A program made the position numbers and the translations under genes. A model generated the notes under the pieces. That model saw only the letters and a list, made by a program, of their open reading frames with translations. It was not told the DNA's origin and searched no databases. 64,000 bases of DNA, taken from positions 5,526-69,525 of the forward strand of contig JAZDLW010000022.1 in NCBI GenBank assembly GCA_043801595.1, in the 5' to 3' direction. Below, in pieces: positions 1-8,335 of the stretch (position 1 is the stretch's first letter; each line of letters starts with the position of its first letter). This stretch comes from Candidatus Aenigmatarchaeota archaeon (GTDB taxonomy: Archaea > Aenigmatarchaeota > Aenigmatarchaeia > JACPZZ01).

Positions 1-87
1 CTTTATTTCTACGATGGCGCCGGGCTAGAACATTTCCAACAGGTTTACTCAAATGGAGAGGTTAAGATATACAAGGTAAGTTTTTAA
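1..87 (+). CDS. C-terminal fragment of a putative membrane glycosyltransferase (5' end outside window)
   Basis: Frame 1 is open from the window edge to TAA at 85-87. The tail ...LEHFQQVYSNGEVKIYKVSF resembles C-termini of STT3/AglB- or PMT/ArnT-like enzymes, and it adjoins three GT4 genes. Family assignment is weak. Confidence 0.3.
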   Translation, partial: LYFYDGAGLEHFQQVYSNGEVKIYKVSF

Positions 88-228
88 CCGAAAACACTGT
101 GATTTATGTAATTGCCATACCATTTTATTGTTTCTTTCTCGCAACGTTTTTAGTTATGTTGCCGGACAGCGTCTCCGATGTGACGAGAAAAAATAATCTA
201 ATACAAAAAGCACCTCGGGCACGAAATC

Positions 229-237
229 TTATATTTA
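229..237 (+). promoter_or_regulatory. TATA box candidate (TTATATTTA) for the GT4 gene at 271
   Basis: Ends 34 nt upstream of the ATG. Confidence 0.4.
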
Positions 238-270
238 AACCCTATGTATTTCTAGTAGAGTGTCAACAAC

Positions 271-1398
271 ATGATTGAAAAAATGAGAATAGGTATAACT
301 TTTCAAGATCCGCCTTGGGTTTCAAAGGGCGGCGCAGAGGTATTTGCGTTCGAGGTTGCAAAGCGGCTTTCAGCGCGCGGTCATGACGTGACACTAATAG
401 CGGCAGGAAAATCTGGGGCAGAGGTGCGCGATGGAGTCAAAGTTGTTTACACCGGGATGAAGGTAAAGACCGGCATTCCGGCCGCTGATTGCCTGCTCGG
501 ATCATTGATGCATTTTCTTACAGGTCACATTGGCCTAGGCGATTTTGACGTGTTGTATATGCATACAGGTATTCTTAGCAAGTTGCTATCAAGCACGCCC
601 TGCGTTATGCATACATGGGGTGAAATCATAGGCCCCAGTCCGGTAACTCTTACGAGGACATCTATAGACGTCGCTACGGCGTTAACATCGGACAGGATAG
701 TCGCGGCGTCAAAATACGCGGCCGAACAGTATACGAGATTCGCGGTTTTCAGGGATAAAGTCAGGCAGATTAACCCTAGCATAGACACGAAAATTTTTCG
801 TCCTGTAAGACCAAGGATAATTGAAGACTACGGGTTGAAGGGGAAGAAGGTGATTGTGTTTGTAGGGCGTGTTATCCCATCAAAAGGAGCTTACGACATG
901 ATTGAAATCGCAAGGCTCGTTACTAAGGAGAACAAAGACACAAAGTTTCTGCTCATAGGGCCGGGCAACGATAGTTTTGTAGCCTCTCTCAAGAAACGGA
1001 TACAAAACTTGGGCATGGCAGAAAATTTCGAGTTTGTCGGGCCAGTCGACAATAAGGATCTTCCGGACTATTACAGTGCTGCTGATTTGAGCATACTGCC
1101 GTCCCACTTCGAGACGTTCGGAATGGTAAACTTAGAGTCGCAGGCATGCGGTTCTCCTGTAATCGCTTACAATGTCGGCGGCGTGTTCTCTACGATAATC
1201 AATAACAAGACAGGTTTTTTGGTCAAGTACGGCGATTATCAGGGATTTGCGGATAAAATAAATCTAATACTTTGCGACGCCGCCCTCAGAAAGCGGATGG
1301 GAAAAGCGGGGATCAGGCGCATCGGAGATAAATTTGTGTGGGAAAAAAACATCGCTAAACTGGAAAAGGTTTTCGCCGAGGCGATCGGATCTAAATAA
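271..1398 (+). CDS. GT4-family (GT-B) glycosyltransferase
   Basis: 375-aa ORF. C-terminal region ILPSHFETFGMVNLESQACGSPVIAYNVGG...TGFLV matches the GT4 E-x7-E region. TATA-like box 34 nt upstream. Confidence 0.85.
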   Translation: MIEKMRIGITFQDPPWVSKGGAEVFAFEVAKRLSARGHDVTLIAAGKSGAEVRDGVKVVYTGMKVKTGIPAADCLLGSLMHFLTGHIGLGDFDVLYMHTGILSKLLSSTPCVMHTWGEIIGPSPVTLTRTSIDVATALTSDRIVAASKYAAEQYTRFAVFRDKVRQINPSIDTKIFRPVRPRIIEDYGLKGKKVIVFVGRVIPSKGAYDMIEIARLVTKENKDTKFLLIGPGNDSFVASLKKRIQNLGMAENFEFVGPVDNKDLPDYYSAADLSILPSHFETFGMVNLESQACGSPVIAYNVGGVFSTIINNKTGFLVKYGDYQGFADKINLILCDAALRKRMGKAGIRRIGDKFVWEKNIAKLEKVFAEAIGSK

Positions 1399-1434
1399 TC
1401 GCAGAAAAAAGATTTGTGGAGAGGTTGAATTAGT

Positions 1435-1635
1435 ATGCTAGAAGAGCGGTTTTTGAAAACGATCGCATGCCCAAAGTGCAGGGGGGTTGTAGAGCTAAAA
1501 GGCATGTTTTTTGTCTGCGTCCTTTGCAAAGCTTGTTATGCTGTTATTGATGACGTGCCGGTGATGATAAATTCGGAATCATGGGCGCTAAAAGACGCCA
1601 AAGCCAAGAATTTCGTCCATCACCTGAAGATTTGA
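1435..1635 (+). CDS. Trm112/UPF0434-like zinc-ribbon protein
   Basis: 66 aa. CPKCRG...VCVLCKACYAVIDDVPVM fits the Trm112-like pattern. Convergent with a SAM methyltransferase gene. Confidence 0.6.
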   Translation: MLEERFLKTIACPKCRGVVELKGMFFVCVLCKACYAVIDDVPVMINSESWALKDAKAKNFVHHLKI

Positions 1636-1651
1636 ACCAACCGCCGAATGG

Positions 1652-2572
1652 TCAATCTTTCGTCAACGTAACTAGCATGAAATCTTCATTTTTGGTGTAC
1701 TCTATGCGGGGTTTGTTCAGACATAAATTTTCAACCAGCTGTGGAGTGGGACGCCACACGTGTTCTGGGTTTTCCACAAGCGTTTTATCATAGTTTTTCT
1801 TTGCCGCGTTCGGGACGGTTATAAGTACCTTCCTGCCGACCCTGAGCGATTCCTTAACTATTTTTTTAGCCTTTCCAAAATCAACATGTTCCAAGGTGTC
1901 TGGTATAATCACAGTATCGAATGAATTATTCCTGAACGGCTGGGCTGTTGCGTCGGCGATGACAAAATCCACGTTTTTCCTCATTTTTTTTGCCTGTTTT
2001 ATCCTGTATCGGTCTATGTCAAGTCCAACAATGCCGCCCACCTTTTCTATGATATAACCGGTGCTGCAACCTATTTCCAGGATTTTGCCGTTTGCGTGTT
2101 TTTTCAGCCACGCCACCCTTTCTGTTTGCTGGGGTATAAGATAAATCCGGTCAGGGTGCGGCGGCGGTTCGTACACCATCGCGTACATGCTTTTGAACTG
2201 TTCGGCGAGCCTTGACCAATTGACATTTTCACTGTTTACTGTGCTGGCCCGGTCGCTCAGCATGAATATCAGGCGGTTGGGTTTTTTATCATCATCAGAG
2301 TACACGGTTGTTATTATCTTTGGCCTCGTTATTCCGAGCCTTCTTTGCATCTGCAGTCCCAACAAAAGAGAGAGATACGCACGCTTTCCGTCCTTCAAAT
2401 GAAGGTGGATTATGTTGCTTCTGCCGGCACTTTTTTTCAATGCGCCGGAATCGCTTCCCGCTCCGAAAAATTCTATATCGTCCCCGAACTCCTTTTTCAT
2501 TTCCGACTTGTACGAGGAATATTCCTCCGGCTTCAGATTAACGAAAATCGAACAGACCCTCATTACAGCCAC
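1652..2572 (-). CDS. Class I SAM-dependent methyltransferase with an N-terminal domain of unknown function
   Basis: 306 aa. Motif I ILEIGCSTGY, motif II VGLDID, then FDTVIIPDTLEHV. Immediately downstream of the GT4 gene on the same strand. Confidence 0.75.
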   Translation of the reverse strand: MAVMRVCSIFVNLKPEEYSSYKSEMKKEFGDDIEFFGAGSDSGALKKSAGRSNIIHLHLKDGKRAYLSLLLGLQMQRRLGITRPKIITTVYSDDDKKPNRLIFMLSDRASTVNSENVNWSRLAEQFKSMYAMVYEPPPHPDRIYLIPQQTERVAWLKKHANGKILEIGCSTGYIIEKVGGIVGLDIDRYRIKQAKKMRKNVDFVIADATAQPFRNNSFDTVIIPDTLEHVDFGKAKKIVKESLRVGRKVLITVPNAAKKNYDKTLVENPEHVWRPTPQLVENLCLNKPRIEYTKNEDFMLVTLTKD

Positions 2573-3688
2573 TCAACGCTTTGCCAGTCTTCGGTACAAT
2601 TCCAGATGTTTCAATGCTGCCTTTTTCCAGGTAAAGTTTTTTGCCTTATTAAGATTGTGGTCCCCCATCCTTTTAGCCAATCTGGGATTTGAAATAAGTG
2701 ATGTTATCCTTTGGGCTATTTTCCCCTCGTCCAAATCAACAAAAAACCCTCCCTTTTTATCGACCACTTCTTTCAGCCCGCCTACAGATGTACAAATTAT
2801 AGGCTTCCCGTACACAAGCGAATATTGTATCGAAGCCGATTGTGTTGTCAGCGAGTATGCGTGTATCGTAACTGTGGAATTCTCAAACAACCTGCGAACC
2901 TCGGCTTCCGGCACCCACCTTCTCTTAAACGTGACATTTCCATCTATTTGCAAGTCCTTTGCTAATTTTTCCAGTCCGTCGTAGTATCTTTCATGCCCGG
3001 GCAGCGGCATGCCAGCGATTATCAGCCTCGCATCCGGAATCTTTTTCAATACGCGTTTGAACGCCCTGATAATGGTGTCCACACATTTATATTTACTCAC
3101 CAGCCCGAATATCAATACGGTTTTCGTGTCGAACACGCGCCCTTTCAGGGGCTCTAGGTTCGGAACCGGAATCGGTATTTTAAATATTTTATCGCTTTCC
3201 AGTTGCCCGCACAACTCTTTTTCGTGTTCCGTCGTGTGCACGATCACAGCGTCGAAATCTCTGAACAGGATCCTGTGAAGGCATTTTCGTACGAGATCGA
3301 AATGCCTGGAATGCGCGGTTATCACCACGGGTATTCTTCTTTTCTTAGCGTATGCTGTTACGTACGGAAGAAACAGCGTGTGGTAAAAAGCAAACTCGTA
3401 TTGTATGTGTATTATGTCTGGTTTTATGCGGTCTAAAATTTCTGCCATTTTTTTGTGCGAATCGTAAAATCCGCCAAAATTTATCGTTTCATACCACAGC
3501 TGCCCGATTGGCGTCTTCCGCAGCGCTTTCTTTTTCAGGACAGGGAACACGTTTTCGCGTCTTTCGGCACCTTTCATACAGATTACATACACGTCTTGTC
3601 CGAGTTCCGCCAAAGTTTCGGCAAAATTCTCCGAGTGTTTCGCTATACCACTATGTGTTTTCCATTCTGTTATCAGAGCTATTTTCAA
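2573..3688 (-). CDS. GT4-family glycosyltransferase
   Basis: 371 aa. Starts MKIALITEW. C-terminal GT-B region QSASIQYSLVYGKPIICTSVGGLKEVV..GGFFV. Confidence 0.8.
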   Translation of the reverse strand: MKIALITEWKTHSGIAKHSENFAETLAELGQDVYVICMKGAERRENVFPVLKKKALRKTPIGQLWYETINFGGFYDSHKKMAEILDRIKPDIIHIQYEFAFYHTLFLPYVTAYAKKRRIPVVITAHSRHFDLVRKCLHRILFRDFDAVIVHTTEHEKELCGQLESDKIFKIPIPVPNLEPLKGRVFDTKTVLIFGLVSKYKCVDTIIRAFKRVLKKIPDARLIIAGMPLPGHERYYDGLEKLAKDLQIDGNVTFKRRWVPEAEVRRLFENSTVTIHAYSLTTQSASIQYSLVYGKPIICTSVGGLKEVVDKKGGFFVDLDEGKIAQRITSLISNPRLAKRMGDHNLNKAKNFTWKKAALKHLELYRRLAKR

Positions 3689-3755
3689 AGTGATCTACAG
3701 CTATTTTATATAGCGTTTTTAAATATTATGTGTATCGTTTTTGGAGCGGTTTGCT

Positions 3756-4868
3756 GTGAAGATTTGCATGATAACTTCGTATGAACCGGACAGATGCGGC
3801 ATTTCCGATTATTCGGAGAGACTGGCAGGGTCTTTGAGGAAGGCGGGCGCAGAGGTAATTATAATCTCAAGAGAGGGGCAAGGCGCGAAAGGGGAAAAAA
3901 ACATACACCGTATCGTGGCTGTGAAAAAAGTAAAAAGGTCCTTTTCACAGATTTTTGAAGAGTTCGCTTCTTTTAGCAGGACTATGAAAGATGTAAATAA
4001 ATCAATGGAAATAATCGGCGATTTCGGGTCAGAAGTCGTTCATGTACAATACGAGCCGGGGCTTTACAACCTTTTTTATGTTCCGATGCTGTTATCAGCA
4101 CTGCGTAAAAGGGGGATAAAAGTCGTGCTCACGTTGCACGCCATAGATTATTTTCCGCTTACGATATTTCATAAAACTTTTCTTTACAACAAGCCCGACA
4201 AGATTATCGTACACACAAGGGTCCACGAGGAGATAATCAAAAAATCTTTGAAATCTGCGAAACGCATAGAACTGGTTCCGATGGGTTTGATACCCCGCAG
4301 GCCGGGAAGAGACGGAAATTACATTCTATACTTCGGTTTTCTTAACCAGCACAAGGGTGTTGAGGATCTTATCGAAGCTTTCGGCAAAATAAAATGCAGG
4401 GAAAAACTTGTTGTCATCGGCAGCATAAATCCCGTCTTCAGGCCAGACGTGGAATATAAGGATAAAATCAAACGCATGATCAATGACCTGGGTTTAAAAA
4501 GAAGGGTGAATTTTATCTATAAATTCGTTCCGCAAAAATCATTGACGGATTACATAAGGAATTGCATGTTTGTTGTGTTCCCCTACAGATCGTCTTATTC
4601 CGGCGCACAAAGCCAGGCGACCATAGATGTGCTGGCGTCAGGAAAGCCGATGATCGTAACAAAACCGGCCCAAGGCAACCTGGTCGACAATGAGAATGCC
4701 ATTGTCATAGAACCGGATAATGTGGAGATATTGTCAGCAGCATTAGAAAAGATGATTAAATCCAAAGACCTCAGGAAAAGAATCGCGAAAAACAACAAAG
4801 ACCTGGCCAAGGAATTAAACTGGGATAAGATCGCTTACATAACACTGATCGTGTACGAGAACTTGTAA
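3756..4868 (+). CDS. GT4-like glycosyltransferase
   Basis: ORF track starts at TTG 3741. I prefer the in-frame GTG at 3756 (VKICMITSYEPD), with ATG 3768 as an alternative. FPYRSSYSGAQSQATIDVLASGKPMIVT is GT-B-like. AT-rich TATA-like sequences at 3703-3728. Confidence 0.7.
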   Translation: MKICMITSYEPDRCGISDYSERLAGSLRKAGAEVIIISREGQGAKGEKNIHRIVAVKKVKRSFSQIFEEFASFSRTMKDVNKSMEIIGDFGSEVVHVQYEPGLYNLFYVPMLLSALRKRGIKVVLTLHAIDYFPLTIFHKTFLYNKPDKIIVHTRVHEEIIKKSLKSAKRIELVPMGLIPRRPGRDGNYILYFGFLNQHKGVEDLIEAFGKIKCREKLVVIGSINPVFRPDVEYKDKIKRMINDLGLKRRVNFIYKFVPQKSLTDYIRNCMFVVFPYRSSYSGAQSQATIDVLASGKPMIVTKPAQGNLVDNENAIVIEPDNVEILSAALEKMIKSKDLRKRIAKNNKDLAKELNWDKIAYITLIVYENL

Positions 4869-4869
4869 T

Positions 4870-5394
4870 TTACCTGAGTACGTCGAGTTTTGTTATTATG
4901 CCGCACGGTTTGCCCTTTGACGAGACAATTACAGCCTGGTGAAATTCCAGCAGCGACGGCAATATGCCGACATCCTCGTTCTCGTCAACGATTGGGAAAG
5001 GCTTATCCATTATGTCCCTTATTTTTTTGGTGCCAATGTTTTCGAAATTCTTAAGAAGCGTGCTTTCGCTGACACTGCCCACGATAACGCCCCGTTCAAT
5101 AACCGGGAGCTGTGATATGCCGTATTTTCGCATCACGATCAGGGATTTTTTTGCAGGATCGTTCAGGCGAACCGTCCTAAGGCGGCGGATCATTACATCC
5201 CTGCATTTTTTCGTTTCTTTTGGATGGATCGCGGAAATTATTTTATTTACGGTTGACAGCGTAGGGTTTACTTTTCCTCCTTCTATTTTCGCGATATGCG
5301 CCTGGCTGATTCCGATCGATTTTGCCAGAGCAGACTGCGATAATCCAGCCTTCTTCCGCAGGCCACGTATGTATTCGCCCGTTATTATAACCAT
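4870..5394 (-). CDS. XRE-type HTH transcriptional regulator fused to tandem CBS domains
   Basis: N-terminal LRKKAGLSQSALAKSIGISQAHIAKIEGGKVNP is a Cro/XRE HTH. The C-terminal half has two CBS-like repeats (GISQLPVIERGVIVGSVSE; HQAVIVSSKGKPCGIITKLDVL). Confidence 0.75.
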   Translation of the reverse strand: MVIITGEYIRGLRKKAGLSQSALAKSIGISQAHIAKIEGGKVNPTLSTVNKIISAIHPKETKKCRDVMIRRLRTVRLNDPAKKSLIVMRKYGISQLPVIERGVIVGSVSESTLLKNFENIGTKKIRDIMDKPFPIVDENEDVGILPSLLEFHQAVIVSSKGKPCGIITKLDVLR

Positions 5395-5456
5395 TGGTTA
5401 TATTTTTTAGTCAAAATATAAATACGTTGCAGATCATAACATTCTGAAGAAAGCAC

Positions 5457-6614
5457 ATGACAAAAATCACGTACATCACTTCTGAATCTGTAACGGAAGG
5501 ACATCCTGACAAAATTGCTGACCAGATCAGCGATGCCGTTCTCGACAGCCTGATAGCGCAGGATCCGTATTCACGCGTGGCTGTTGAATGTCTAACAACC
5601 ACAGGATTGGTTGTGGTGGCAGGCGAAGTTACAACCAGAGGCTACGCTGATGTACAAGGCATAGCAAGGAAAACGCTCAAGGAAATAGGCTATACGAATC
5701 CGTCTTTCGGCATAGACAGCGAAGATGCGGGTGTTTTGGTTTCGATACACGGGCAAAGTCCGGACATTTCGCAAGGCGTAAATGAAAGCGAAAAGAAGGA
5801 GCAGGGGGCAGGTGACCAGGGAATGATGTACGGGTTCGCATGCCGCGAGACGCCCGAGCTGATGCCGCTTCCGATAATGCTCGCACACAGGCTTACGAGG
5901 CGATTAGCCGAGGTCCGCAAGAACGGAGAAATAAAGAACATAGGCCCTGACGGAAAATCGCAGGTTAGTTTGGAGTATCATGACGGGGTTCCAAAAAGGC
6001 TCACAGCAGTAGTAATCGCAGCGCAGCACACTGATGAAATGGAAGAATCGATTTTGCGCAAAGAAATAACCGAGAAAGTCATAAAACCAGTTTGTAAAAA
6101 CTACCTCGACGAAAACACGAAGATTCACATCAACGCTACTGGAAAATTCGTTATCGGGGGGCCGGAAGGCGATACGGGCGTTACGGGAAGGAAGATTATT
6201 GTTGACACATACGGCGGTGTTGGTCGTCACGGAGGAGGCGGTTTTAGTGGCAAGGATCCGTCCAAAGTCGACCGCTCCGGGGCATATGCAGCGCGTTATG
6301 TTGCGAAAAACATTGTTGCAGCCGGCCTTGCGGATAAATGCGAAGTATCGATTTCATACTGCATCGGCGTCGCAGAGCCGACATCGATAAACGTAGACAC
6401 GTTCGGAACGAACAAAATACCGGAAGATAAGATAGTCGAACTTGTGCGCAAGCATTTCAAGTTAACTCCGAAATGGATAATCGACACGTTGCAGCTGCGA
6501 CGCCCGATATACAGCAAAACAGCAGCATACGGACATTTTGGGCGAAATGAACCGGAATTCACGTGGGAAAAAACGGATCGCGCGGAAATACTTAAAAAAG
6601 AAGCCGGGTTGTAA
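5457..6614 (+). CDS. metK: S-adenosylmethionine synthetase, bacterial/eukaryal type
   Basis: 385 aa. [55 protein letters not shown] and [18 protein letters not shown] are MetK signatures. Confidence 0.95.
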   Translation: MTKITYITSESVTEGHPDKIADQISDAVLDSLIAQDPYSRVAVECLTTTGLVVVAGEVTTRGYADVQGIARKTLKEIGYTNPSFGIDSEDAGVLVSIHGQSPDISQGVNESEKKEQGAGDQGMMYGFACRETPELMPLPIMLAHRLTRRLAEVRKNGEIKNIGPDGKSQVSLEYHDGVPKRLTAVVIAAQHTDEMEESILRKEITEKVIKPVCKNYLDENTKIHINATGKFVIGGPEGDTGVTGRKIIVDTYGGVGRHGGGGFSGKDPSKVDRSGAYAARYVAKNIVAAGLADKCEVSISYCIGVAEPTSINVDTFGTNKIPEDKIVELVRKHFKLTPKWIIDTLQLRRPIYSKTAAYGHFGRNEPEFTWEKTDRAEILKKEAGL

Positions 6615-6872
6615 CGTTTAAATATTTCAGTTTTCTTCTTAAATTATGTTCACACATGCAGGTTTTTCAAAAGATTCGGAAGATCGAAGAAGAAGATTTC
6701 TATCCGATTACATGGGAGCGAGCCAGCGTCCGAGCAACGATTATCGCAGCCTGTTTTCCGATTTAACTCGCGATTATTCGACTTACGCTGATTCGCGAAA
6801 ACGCTGCAGATGCTACGGCTGATAAACCGCATTTTAAATCCTTTACAGTAATCTAATTATCAGTGTCCCTAA

Positions 6873-7625
6873 ATGACGATAAACCCAAAATCCATGGAAA
6901 AGTTCGTAATACAGCCTTCGAGTTATTCGTATACAACAATAGGAACAGCTTACAACAGCCCGCGCCGTGAAATCGAATATTCAGCTGCGCTCACAAAAAC
7001 CGGCAAAAATTATTACGATTCAAAAATCGTCGTGCCTGCAAACGAAAGAATGTCAACAGCGGCCGAAGAATTAGCGATACAACTTTCTCTGGAACGTGCA
7101 GGCAAAGATCCGAGAAAAGCGGAAGCTTTCAACGACTTGTACGGCAGAAATACTCTCGATTGGTGCGCATGGCAATGGACAGATACGGGCTTGCGAGTGC
7201 CGGAAGGCCGCGATCCCGGTAAATATGAAACAATTGATGGTAGAAAATACTGGGCCAGGATAGTTTTAATCGGCGACAAAGAGGTCGGAGAAATTCTCGT
7301 TCCTGAAGGCCGCGGTCGTGTTATTTCTAAATGGAACGAGGTGTTCGGCCTGCCAGCAGAAACCGAGGACGTGAATTTCGCACACAGTCCGTATACCACT
7401 TTTTTTTGGTTTAATGATTTTAATCCCAGAAAAGACAGCATATCCGGCCATTACGATGTTGCGGTCATGCGCAGGGCTTTCTGGCCCCACGGTGGGAGGG
7501 ATGACGAGTGCATAGACGTCGATGCGGTTTATGGGCGCTGGGCTGAGCGTTCCAACGCCGGCTTCCGCGCGGTTCATGGTTATTTGCCGTATATCGAAAA
7601 GTCGATCACAAAAAACAGTAATTAA
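6873..7625 (+). CDS. Hypothetical protein (250 aa, Trp/Arg-rich, no recognised domain)
   Basis: Long ORF with protein-like composition. No family recognised by eye. Confidence 0.5.
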   Translation: MTINPKSMEKFVIQPSSYSYTTIGTAYNSPRREIEYSAALTKTGKNYYDSKIVVPANERMSTAAEELAIQLSLERAGKDPRKAEAFNDLYGRNTLDWCAWQWTDTGLRVPEGRDPGKYETIDGRKYWARIVLIGDKEVGEILVPEGRGRVISKWNEVFGLPAETEDVNFAHSPYTTFFWFNDFNPRKDSISGHYDVAVMRRAFWPHGGRDDECIDVDAVYGRWAERSNAGFRAVHGYLPYIEKSITKNSN

Positions 7626-7627
7626 TT

Positions 7628-8290
7628 TTACGGCTGATAAAAACCCTTTGGCGGGGCAATATTTTTCTTTTCGTATATGCAGATATCAACGAGCGGACAC
7701 ATGTAACACTTCGGTTTTGCTGTTAAGCAGATCGTCTGCCCGAACTCGACCATTCCCGAGTTGACTTTCAAACGCTCTTTTTCAACAAACATTTTTTCAA
7801 GTGTTTTTCTTATCTCCTCATATTTTGCGTTTTTTCCTACAAGTCCCAGTCGCTTGCTGACGACTTCGACGTGGACGTCGACAGGAATTGTCGGGACGTC
7901 GTAGGCGTAAAGTAAAACTATGTCCGCTGTCTTATAGCCGACACCCGGCAGCGACAGCAGAAGCTCGCGGCTGCTCGGAACACGACTGTGATAATCGTTT
8001 ACGAGAATTTTGCACAGCTTTACGATGTTCTTCGATTTTTGTCTGTAAAACCCGCTTTTTTCAATCAGGCGCACAATCTTTGTTGAACCCAATTTCAATA
8101 TGTCTTCTGGCGTTGAGGCGTGGCGAAAAAGATTTTCCGTGGCGATGTCTGTGTTAATGTCGCGCGTCCTTTGCGACAAAACCGCGCGCACCAGCGATCT
8201 GAACGCGGATTCCTTCGAGTGATGCGAACGCACCGAGTGATATTTGAATACTATTTCCCGTATTCTTTCGGTCCTTTCCATGCCTACCAA
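7628..8290 (-). CDS. nth: Endonuclease III (HhH-GPD DNA glycosylase/AP lyase)
   Basis: HhH motif LPGVGYKTADIVL. C-terminal 4Fe-4S cluster loop CLTAKPKCYMCPLVDIC. Confidence 0.85.
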   Translation of the reverse strand: MVGMERTERIREIVFKYHSVRSHHSKESAFRSLVRAVLSQRTRDINTDIATENLFRHASTPEDILKLGSTKIVRLIEKSGFYRQKSKNIVKLCKILVNDYHSRVPSSRELLLSLPGVGYKTADIVLLYAYDVPTIPVDVHVEVVSKRLGLVGKNAKYEEIRKTLEKMFVEKERLKVNSGMVEFGQTICLTAKPKCYMCPLVDICIYEKKNIAPPKGFYQP

Positions 8291-8335
8291 TTAAATAAAT
8301 ACACCTGACTATAACTCTTTGTCCTTGGGATAGCC

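Noticed and set aside
5395-5456. SAM riboswitch or other leader upstream of metK
   Set aside because: The spacer is only 62 nt, with a TATA-like AAATATAAATA about 35 nt from the ATG. There is no room for a riboswitch aptamer.
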